From NCBI GenBank assembly GCA_964247135.1, contig CAXTTL010000034.1, positions 1 through 27,475 of the forward strand: a stretch of 27,475 nucleotides of DNA. Direction: 5' to 3'. A program made the translations under genes and the position numbers. Shown one piece after another: positions 17,239 through 24,643 of the stretch (its first letter is position 1; the number at the start of each line of letters is the position of its first letter). The notes under the pieces are model-generated. The model searched no databases and was not told the DNA's origin. It saw only the letters and a list, made by a program, of their open reading frames with translations. Origin of the DNA: an uncultured Deinococcales bacterium. GTDB taxonomy: Bacteria > Deinococcota > Deinococci > Deinococcales > JAAFIG01.

Positions 17239-18702
17239 TTAAAGCTCGAGTTCCCAGACCTTCAAAGCAAGGATTTGAACGCTGCCACCCACGGCATAAA
17301 GCTCGAGTCCAGCGTCATCGCTACTCGGAAAAATCAGATCGCTGATGACCACGCGCCCATTGTTGCCAAAGACCTCGACTGAACAGGTGTCCACGAAAAT
17401 GCGCAGGTGCAAAACACCATCCTCGAGCGGCAATACGGCGCTGTGCTTACCTGGGAAGTGCTGGCTGAAATTGGTTTCTCCAGATTGCGTGCGGTCAACG
17501 AACAATTCTTGGCGGCTCGAGTCGTAACCAACAATGGTTTGTGCGTTGTTGCCCACCCGAACTTTGATGCCAAATTCATTGGCGGTTTCCAGTTTGAATT
17601 CGGCGATGATCTCGAGCGTTACACCTTGAGCCTCCAGTTTGGTGCTGCCTTCGGGGATGCTGGTTGCTGGCAAGCTGTAGAATCGCCCACGAAGCGCCTC
17701 GAGTTCACGGATGGGTTCTTGCACCAAACACAACTTTCCTGCCACCTCCTCGAGCTTTAAGCTGCGTGGAATGCTCATTGCGCCGCGCCAAGGGAAGGTC
17801 GGGGTTTCACGGGCGTACTGCCAGTTGCTCATCCAACCCAGCCAGATTCTGCGTCCATCGCTGGCGGGAATGTCGGAGTAGGAAATGGCAGCGTAAAAAT
17901 CTTGACCAAAATCCGTCCAATTTGGAGTGATTTCGAGATGATCCGCCACGAACATTGTGCCGTCAAACTGCCCGACAAAATAGCGCCCTGCCACCCGTCC
18001 TAACGGATCAGTTTCAAAAGCATCGACTTTCAAGACCCAACGCGTATCGCTCGAGTTTTCAATGTTCAGTTCAAACAATTCAGGCACTTCCCACAGCCTG
18101 TCCGTGGTGTTGGGGGGCGCAAAATCGCTCTGATGCGTCCAGGTTTTCAGGTCACTCGAGTTGTAAAAACTGACTTTTAACTGATCGGCGAGCACCACGA
18201 TCATCACCCATTTTTGGCTGGGTTCATGCCACAAGACTTTGGGATCACGAAATTCGCTCGAGCCGAGGTCGAGCACTGGGTTGCCCGTATAAAAAGTCCA
18301 GGTGCGACCACGGTCGTTGCTGTATACAAGGCGCTGATCTTGATTGCGGGGTGCTGCCTCGCGGTGTCCGGTGTAAACGATCACGAGCGGCGGTTTGCCG
18401 TTTTCACCAAAGCCGCTCGAGTTGTGCCAGTCCACCACCGCACAACCAGAAAACGCCATGATCCCGTCCAATTCAGGCACCGCCACGGGCAAATGCTCCC
18501 AATGCACCAAGTCGGTGCTGACGGCATGACCCCAACTCATGTGTCCCCAAGAATTGCCAAAGGGGTTGAACTGAAAAAACAAATGGTACTCACCCTCGAG
18601 GTAGACCAACCCGTTCGGATCGTTGATCCAGTTTTTTGGTGGGGTGAAATGAAATTTTGGACGGTACAAATCCGTTGTCGGAAGTTCACTCGAGATGGTC
18701 AT
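17239..18702 (-). CDS. GH32 beta-fructosidase (levanase/fructan beta-fructosidase-like), cytoplasmic
   Basis: WINDPNG, WGHA.S.DL.HW, FSGC, FRDPKV, WEVP, D.G.DFYA and D..SVEVF motifs; start MTISSEL at 18702; no signal peptide. Confidence 0.93.
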   Translation of the reverse strand: MTISSELPTTDLYRPKFHFTPPKNWINDPNGLVYLEGEYHLFFQFNPFGNSWGHMSWGHAVSTDLVHWEHLPVAVPELDGIMAFSGCAVVDWHNSSGFGENGKPPLVIVYTGHREAAPRNQDQRLVYSNDRGRTWTFYTGNPVLDLGSSEFRDPKVLWHEPSQKWVMIVVLADQLKVSFYNSSDLKTWTHQSDFAPPNTTDRLWEVPELFELNIENSSDTRWVLKVDAFETDPLGRVAGRYFVGQFDGTMFVADHLEITPNWTDFGQDFYAAISYSDIPASDGRRIWLGWMSNWQYARETPTFPWRGAMSIPRSLKLEEVAGKLCLVQEPIRELEALRGRFYSLPATSIPEGSTKLEAQGVTLEIIAEFKLETANEFGIKVRVGNNAQTIVGYDSSRQELFVDRTQSGETNFSQHFPGKHSAVLPLEDGVLHLRIFVDTCSVEVFGNNGRVVISDLIFPSSDDAGLELYAVGGSVQILALKVWELEL

Positions 18703-18710
18703 GTGCGGTG

Positions 18711-19628
18711 TTATCCCTTCACGCCCGAAGAAGCCAGGCTTTTGACAAATGCACCTTGGAATGCCAGAAACAATGCCAAGACGGGCAAGGTTACCATTGT
18801 GGTGTACGCCATGACCTCGCCCCAGACTATTTTGCGTTGAAAAAAGTATTGCAAGCCGACCATCACGGGGCGCAACTCCTCGCTTTGAACCACCATGATG
18901 GGCCACAAAAACGAATTCCAAGCGCCCAGAAATGTCAAAATGGCAACCGTGGCAAAGACCGGACCGGCGTTTGGCACGACAATATAACGGTAAATCTGAA
19001 AGCGGCTTGCGCCGTCAATCAATGCCGATTCGTCCAATTCTCGAGGGATGTCGTTGAAAAATTGGTAAAACAAAAAGATTGAATACGCGCCAGCCACAAA
19101 CGGAATAATCTGAACCTGATAGGTATTGAGCCAGCCGTTGGTGAGGTGAATGCCGCCATCAAAACTGAGGTTTGGGAGTTTGCTGACCAGCAGCAACAGC
19201 GGCATGGCGATGGTTTCAAACGGAATGATCAGTGTGGCAATAATCACCGCCAGCACAAGCTGTTGCCCTTGCCATTTGAGCCTCGAGAGGGCATATGCTG
19301 CCAGGCTGTTGAAGCTCAGTGCCAGAATCACTTGCAGCGCCGCAATACCGAGCGAGTTGCTGACAAAACGCAGGAATTGGCTGTGCGCAAAAACGGCGGC
19401 GTAATTCTCGAGCGAGAGCTTACCTGTTGGCAAAAAGGCGTTCAGGGAACGCAAGTCAGCAAAAATTTGATCGTTGTCTTTAAAACTTGACATCAGCATG
19501 AACAGAATTGGAAAAACAAAGACAAAGACCAACACCAGGTTGAGGGCGTATTGCGCGGTTGTCGAAATCAACTCGCGCTGGTTTCTCGAGATTCCTGAAG
19601 GTGCTGGTTGAGCACTGATTTGTTGCAT
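18711..19628 (-). CDS. Sugar ABC transporter permease, MalG-like
   Basis: P...M..SS.K, AAYALSRL.W.G, IP.ELDESA.IDGAS, WN.FLWP and SG.KG motifs. Start 19628 (alternative 19643). Confidence 0.92.
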   Translation of the reverse strand: MQQISAQPAPSGISRNQRELISTTAQYALNLVLVFVFVFPILFMLMSSFKDNDQIFADLRSLNAFLPTGKLSLENYAAVFAHSQFLRFVSNSLGIAALQVILALSFNSLAAYALSRLKWQGQQLVLAVIIATLIIPFETIAMPLLLLVSKLPNLSFDGGIHLTNGWLNTYQVQIIPFVAGAYSIFLFYQFFNDIPRELDESALIDGASRFQIYRYIVVPNAGPVFATVAILTFLGAWNSFLWPIMVVQSEELRPVMVGLQYFFQRKIVWGEVMAYTTMVTLPVLALFLAFQGAFVKSLASSGVKG

Positions 19629-19639
19629 GTTCGCCCCTT

Positions 19640-20728
19640 TCATGAATCCCGCGTCAGCCTGCGCTGCAAGAAGTTGATGCCCAGAATGATCAAGAAAAAC
19701 ACCACCGAAATGGTCGAGGCATACGCCAGGTCTTGTTCGCGGAAACCCTTGCGGATCATGTGGAAGGCAACCGTGCTGGTGGCATCGTCGGGACCGCCGT
19801 TGGTCATGACAAACACCTGGGTGAACAATTGAAACGCGGCAATCGTGATGGTGATAAAAATAAAGATGCTCGTGTTGCGCAAACTTGGAATCGTGATGAA
19901 CCTAAACTTTGCCCAGGTGCTCGCGCCGTCGATGCTGGCGGCTTCATAGAGTTGCTCGGGGATTCCCTGTAAGCCAGCCAGGAACAAAATCATTTGAAAA
20001 CCAGCGCCCTGCCAAACCGACATGATGATGATCGCCCACATGGCGACGTTGGGGTTGCCCAACCAGTCCACGGGAGGGACTGCAAAATTTGCCAGGAATT
20101 GGTTAATCATGCCGTGGTGCAGGTCATAAAGAAAACGCCAGACGATTGACACCACAACCATAGAGGTGACGACCGGACTGAAATAAATGGTGCGAAAAAA
20201 GTTGCGCCCCGCCAGCTTTTGATTGACCAGCAACGCCAGCATCAGCCCAATAAAGGACTGCAACGGAATCACGACAATGCTAAAAAAAATATTGTTGCCC
20301 AAGGACTTCATAAACACCGGATCGCCCGCCAAAATGACCAGGCGCTTGCTGCCCCAGGGCAGAAAAAACCATTCGCGCAACCCCGAATACTGCGGGTACT
20401 TGACCTCATCTCGGGTGAATTCCCGCGAGCGCGGATACTCGAGGTTGCCGTTTGGGTCTTTGGTCGGTTGTCCCGTTTTACTGTCCAATACAGGGTCTAA
20501 AGTCAAAAATGAAAGCCGCAGCAGCCTGGTGTAATTGCGCAAGCCGACAAAATCGGTTGGGTTTGCCGAAATCAGGCGTTGGTTGGTGAAACTGTACGAG
20601 ACGCCAGCCACAAAAGGTCCGATCAAAAAGACCAGCAATAACAAAAACGCTGGACCACCGAGCAAAATGGCGGGCACGAGATCAGGACTCGAGCGACGAT
20701 AATTGTTTTGACCTGTTGCGGTTATGAT
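19640..20728 (-). CDS. Sugar ABC transporter permease, MalF-like; start uncertain (ATC 20728 / ATA 20725 / GTG 20677)
   Basis: FVGL.NY, FRTIYF.P.V.S, W...GF.M...LAGLQ.IP..LYEAA.IDGA and T.GGP motifs. The frame is open up to a TGA at 20738-40. Confidence 0.9.
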   Translation of the reverse strand: MITATGQNNYRRSSPDLVPAILLGGPAFLLLLVFLIGPFVAGVSYSFTNQRLISANPTDFVGLRNYTRLLRLSFLTLDPVLDSKTGQPTKDPNGNLEYPRSREFTRDEVKYPQYSGLREWFFLPWGSKRLVILAGDPVFMKSLGNNIFFSIVVIPLQSFIGLMLALLVNQKLAGRNFFRTIYFSPVVTSMVVVSIVWRFLYDLHHGMINQFLANFAVPPVDWLGNPNVAMWAIIIMSVWQGAGFQMILFLAGLQGIPEQLYEAASIDGASTWAKFRFITIPSLRNTSIFIFITITIAAFQLFTQVFVMTNGGPDDATSTVAFHMIRKGFREQDLAYASTISVVFFLIILGINFLQRRLTRDS

Positions 20729-20779
20729 GGTCTCACCTCACTTTGGTTTGTTCTCAATTTATCGAATCTGTTTTTGTTT

Positions 20780-20805
20780 GAGAGGGACAAAGCACTGCCC
20801 CTCTC
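20780..20805 (-). other. Intercistronic hairpin after SBP gene (probable mRNA stabiliser)
   Basis: Minus strand GAGAGGGGCA-GTGCTT-TGTCCCTCTC, 10-bp stem, no U tract. Confidence 0.6.
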
Positions 20806-20872
20806 GAGCTTAAACGGTTTTCTCGAGGGTTATTTCAAATGCTCGAGAACGTTGATTTGCGACATGACAAGC

Positions 20873-22138
20873 TTACTTGTAACCTTTGTTGTCCTTGATG
20901 TTCTGGTTGATCGCATCCACGGCATCGTCAAGGGCATTTTGCACGTCACCGCCGTCACGAATCTTGACGCCAGCTTTTTCAAATTGGCTCGAGATGACCA
21001 GGTAGGCTGGGGTGGCTGGGCGTTGCACCGCAAGTTTGAGCATGTCAAAGTAGGTGCGGTATTTGCCTTTTGTGCTGTAATCATCAGTTAGTTTTGCACC
21101 GGCTCGGGTGCTGGGGATCAAACCGGTGGCGTTCGAGAACAATGCCACTTGCGGTCCTTGCATCACATAATTCAGGAATTGTCCTGCGCCAGCCGCGTCT
21201 TTGCAGGTTTTGCTGATGCCCCACTGCCACGATGCGCCGCCGATTTTGGGTCCTTTGCCAAAGTCCACCGTGGGCAGGAACAGGGCGTCGCTGCCGAACT
21301 TTTTCACCACGTCGTTGGCAGCCCAGCTTCCGGTGTACCAGAGCGGAATATGACCCTGCAAAAAGCCCTGGTCGTCGGCTGGGGTTGGGTTGACGTACTT
21401 TTGGCTGAACAGGCTTTGAAACCATTTGCCCCAAGCCACGCCCGCCGCACCATTGAGCACATTGCTGGCGGTTTGGAGGCTCGAGCGGTCAATCAAATCG
21501 CCACCGAAGCTTTGCAGCATTGGCGAGTAGGCGTATGGCCACCATTCGCCGCCGTAACCTGGGTTGACATCGAATGGATATTCAAAATCATTACTGGCTT
21601 TGAGGGTTTTTAAGATGCCGTTGAATTCCTCGAGTTTCCAGGGTTTGGACAGGGTTGGGACGCGGATTTTGTATTTACTCAGAATCGATTTGCGGGCAAA
21701 AATCTGCAAAACCACATCGAATTGACCCACGGAATACACCTTGCCATTGAAACGACCCACGTCGGCTGGGCTGATGCTCGAGATGAGTGACGCTGGCAGC
21801 GGCAGGGGTTGCAAATAGCCAGACCAGGCAAAGTTGGGGACGGTTGGACCGTCCATGTCGATGATGCAAGGCAAGCTGCCAGCCACCGAGGCGGCGGCGA
21901 CAGAATCGTTGTAGGAGGCTTGCGGGAAGGCTTCGATGGCAACTTCGTATTTGCCTTGTTTGGCGTTGAAGGCATCGACCATTTTTTGCACCGCGCCGAT
22001 TTCGGTGGGGTTGCCCGCCGAGTGGCTCCAAAGGCTGATTTTGGTTTTTTGTTGGGCGAATGCGCCCGTGGTCAGCAAAACGGCAAGCGATGTGGTCAAC
22101 CCCAAGGTCAGGGCAACGATTTTCTGTGTTTTGTTCAT
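20873..22138 (-). CDS. Sugar ABC transporter substrate-binding protein (fructo-oligosaccharide candidate)
   Basis: Signal peptide ending AFA-Q; LP..ID.DGP.VPN.AW.GYL, EW..YA.SP.LQSFGGDL and RP.TP.Y motifs; GGAGG RBS fits ATG 22138. Confidence 0.9.
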   Translation of the reverse strand: MNKTQKIVALTLGLTTSLAVLLTTGAFAQQKTKISLWSHSAGNPTEIGAVQKMVDAFNAKQGKYEVAIEAFPQASYNDSVAAASVAGSLPCIIDMDGPTVPNFAWSGYLQPLPLPASLISSISPADVGRFNGKVYSVGQFDVVLQIFARKSILSKYKIRVPTLSKPWKLEEFNGILKTLKASNDFEYPFDVNPGYGGEWWPYAYSPMLQSFGGDLIDRSSLQTASNVLNGAAGVAWGKWFQSLFSQKYVNPTPADDQGFLQGHIPLWYTGSWAANDVVKKFGSDALFLPTVDFGKGPKIGGASWQWGISKTCKDAAGAGQFLNYVMQGPQVALFSNATGLIPSTRAGAKLTDDYSTKGKYRTYFDMLKLAVQRPATPAYLVISSQFEKAGVKIRDGGDVQNALDDAVDAINQNIKDNKGYK

Positions 22139-22238
22139 GTTCATTCCTCCAGATAGGGCTTTTTTTTTGATACAAACTTGGGCAGATATCGAAATGTTAG
22201 GGCTAAATCACCTCCTCTCGGGCAAACTTCAATTTCAT

Positions 22239-22250
22239 TTATTCGTATAA
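22239..22250. promoter_or_regulatory. Probable LacI operator of the GH32 operon
   Basis: TTATTCGTATAA quasi-palindrome with central CG; the same motif occurs twice upstream of the regulator gene. Confidence 0.7.
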
Positions 22251-22296
22251 GTAAATTGGTTTGAGTTTTCAATTTGAGTGGCACTTAAAATCCCGC

Positions 22297-23325
22297 CTAA
22301 ATCGAAGCCCGTTCGATCAACTTACAACGAATCTTGTGCTGAATTGGACCGGCTCGAGCCTTGCCCTCGCTCATCAAAATCAGTTGATTGACCGCCCAGG
22401 CGCCCATTTTGTAATGCGGCAATTCCATCGTCGTCAGCGGCGGATGTAGATGTGCAGCAATAATTTCTTGATTGTCAAAGCCAATCACCGCGACATCCTC
22501 TGGAACACGTAAATTTAATTTGTGCAAGGCATCGTAAGCACCCATCGCAACGCGGTCATTGAAACAAAACAATGCCGTTGGAGGTTTGGGCTGCGTCATC
22601 AAATGCAGTGCTCCACGGTAGCCGCCAGCCTGCTCTGAAAGATCACGGAAAATCAAATTCTGATCAAACCGAATTTTTGCCTCGAGCAACGCCTTTTTGT
22701 AACCCTCGAGCCGTCCTGTGGTGGCTGGAATCGGGTCGGAGTTGTTGATTAAACCAATACGGCGGTGTCCTTTTTGGATCAAAGCTCTGGTCGCGCTGTA
22801 ACCGCCATCAACTTCGTCAGGCACAACCGAAGGCAAGGACTGATCTTTGATAAAACAGTCGAGCAATACGGTCGGCACGTTGCTCAAGGCGGCAGGCAAC
22901 TCCACCGCGTGGTGGTACATGGTCGCGTAAATAATGCCCTCCACTTGACGCTCGAGCAGCATTTCGGTGGCGGTTTTTTCCAAATCGGCTTGGCGTTTGG
23001 TGTTGACCAGCAACAAAATTTTGCCATTCTTCCAAGCGGCATCCTGCGCCCCTTCAATGATTCTGCCCGCGTGTGGCGTGATCGCAATTTCATCGGTGAT
23101 AAAACCAATCGTGTCCGAGCGTTGCGAACGCAAACTTTGGGCAAAAGCATTTCGCCTATAACCGAGTTTCTCAATCGCTTTGCGCACCCGAATTTTGGTT
23201 TCCTCGAGAATCGTGACGTTGGGCGTGTTGTTGATCACATATGAAACCGTCGGCTGGGAAACTCCGGCTAACTTTGCCACATCGCTCATGGTCGGCGCAC
23301 GTTTTGGTTTTGCTTCTTGAGCCAT
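22297..23325 (-). CDS. LacI family transcriptional regulator
   Basis: TMSDVAKLAGVSQPTVSYVIN HTH; FCFNDRVA.GA, VPEDVAVIGFDN and P.LTT motifs. Confidence 0.95.
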   Translation of the reverse strand: MAQEAKPKRAPTMSDVAKLAGVSQPTVSYVINNTPNVTILEETKIRVRKAIEKLGYRRNAFAQSLRSQRSDTIGFITDEIAITPHAGRIIEGAQDAAWKNGKILLLVNTKRQADLEKTATEMLLERQVEGIIYATMYHHAVELPAALSNVPTVLLDCFIKDQSLPSVVPDEVDGGYSATRALIQKGHRRIGLINNSDPIPATTGRLEGYKKALLEAKIRFDQNLIFRDLSEQAGGYRGALHLMTQPKPPTALFCFNDRVAMGAYDALHKLNLRVPEDVAVIGFDNQEIIAAHLHPPLTTMELPHYKMGAWAVNQLILMSEGKARAGPIQHKIRCKLIERASI

Positions 23326-23348
23326 AAAATACGCCCCTGGTTGGGATA

Positions 23349-23375
23349 TATACGAATAAATGCCTATACGAATAA
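23349..23375. promoter_or_regulatory. Tandem LacI operators (autoregulation)
   Basis: TATACGAATAA at 23349-59 and 23365-75 (16-bp period). Confidence 0.7.
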
Positions 23376-23387
23376 GTGAGTGGCATC

Positions 23388-23417
23388 AGTATGCAACTTG
23401 GTTTGAGAAAAAGTCAA
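23388..23417 (-). promoter_or_regulatory. Sigma-70 promoter of second lacI-type gene
   Basis: Minus strand TTGACT, 18-bp spacer, CATACT, just upstream of the tandem operators. Confidence 0.6.
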
Positions 23418-23570
23418 GTGGTTTCCAAAAACCGGTTCGGTTCGGCGTCGGTTTTGTCGCTCGAGACTCGCATACAAACCCCCAATCCATCAACTTAAAC
23501 CAAGCCTCATGAGGCAGCACTCATCGTGCAAGCTCGAGAATCAATTCAAACAACATTCTCGAGGTGAGAG

Positions 23571-24083
23571 ATGCTCAGCGAAGAAGAGAAAGCCAGAATT
23601 CGAGCCGAGGAGGAAGCCAGAGCCAAGCAAAAACTCGAGGCGCACGAGGAACGTCAAAAAGCGCTGGCGGCACTCGAGTTTCGAGAATCGGTGAAGACAG
23701 AATTGAACCCCAAACGGGCATTTCGTTGGTGGATTCCAATGGTGGTGTTGATGCTGGCAACGGCGGCGGGAGCGGGCTGGTGGATTACACGACCCAAGCC
23801 GCCAGAAGTCTCGAGCGCCCCGATTCAAGGCGGCATCGAAGACAACGAATTGATCGCCAAATGCCAGACCGAAGTGCAAACACAATTGGGATTCTCGAGC
23901 ACTGCCGAATTTGGTTTGGACGGCGACGCGGCAAGTCAGGTTTTTGTCAATAGCGACGGTAAAACCTGGGATTCTTGGGTGCGTTATCAAGACCCCAAAA
24001 TCGGCATGATGCACCGCAACTTTTCGTGTTCGTTTACCACCGCCGATTGCGTTTTTAACCTGCGATTTTTGGACAAGGAGTAA
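23571..24083 (+). CDS. Hypothetical single-pass membrane protein
   Basis: GAGGTG RBS; charged N-terminal helix (MLSEEEKARIRAEEE), one TM, Cys-containing C-terminal domain. Confidence 0.75.
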   Translation: MLSEEEKARIRAEEEARAKQKLEAHEERQKALAALEFRESVKTELNPKRAFRWWIPMVVLMLATAAGAGWWITRPKPPEVSSAPIQGGIEDNELIAKCQTEVQTQLGFSSTAEFGLDGDAASQVFVNSDGKTWDSWVRYQDPKIGMMHRNFSCSFTTADCVFNLRFLDKE

Positions 24084-24086
24084 GTT

Positions 24087-24626
24087 ATGAAAAAATTGTT
24101 ATTGGCTGTACTGGCTGCTGGACTGGCGTTCTCGAGCGCAAATGCCGAAACGGTGAATGTGCCGCAAAACAAAATCAAACTGGGTTGCAAGGACAGCAAG
24201 TTCAACCTCGAGCGACAAAACTTTTTGCTGCTCGACGAAACCTACCAAACTTGCACGCTGCGTTTGCCGTTGGCTTTGAAAGAACGTTGGGGCGGACGCC
24301 GCAATTTTTACTTTTTGCCGCGCATCAGCGTTGCGCTTTTTTCGCAAGACAAAGACAGCAAAAATGGACGTTGGACGCCCTTGGGCAGTTTTGGCAACCC
24401 AGAGGACGACTTGCTACACAGGGTGATCTCGAGCAAAAAATACAAACGCGCCGAACTGTTTGGCAACCTCGAGAAACCCCTGCAAGACTGGGCGGGCGCA
24501 GATCGGATTCCCAAAGTGCTCGGCATCGAGGGGCGCATGAGTGTTTGCGTCGCCCCAGTTTATGCGGGCGAAGCGCCGTGCGTGACGTTTAACATCAATG
24601 CTCGTTACAACATTTACAAGCGTTAA
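24087..24626 (+). CDS. Hypothetical secreted protein
   Basis: AAGGAG RBS; signal peptide MKKLLLAVLAAGLAFSSANA; four Cys. Confidence 0.75.
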   Translation: MKKLLLAVLAAGLAFSSANAETVNVPQNKIKLGCKDSKFNLERQNFLLLDETYQTCTLRLPLALKERWGGRRNFYFLPRISVALFSQDKDSKNGRWTPLGSFGNPEDDLLHRVISSKKYKRAELFGNLEKPLQDWAGADRIPKVLGIEGRMSVCVAPVYAGEAPCVTFNINARYNIYKR

Positions 24627-24643
24627 CTCATGTACGATGGGTC

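Noticed and set aside
18703-18921. N-terminal extension of GH32 (560-aa call)
   Set aside because: It overlaps the upstream permease; ATG 18702 follows the permease stop by 8 bp.
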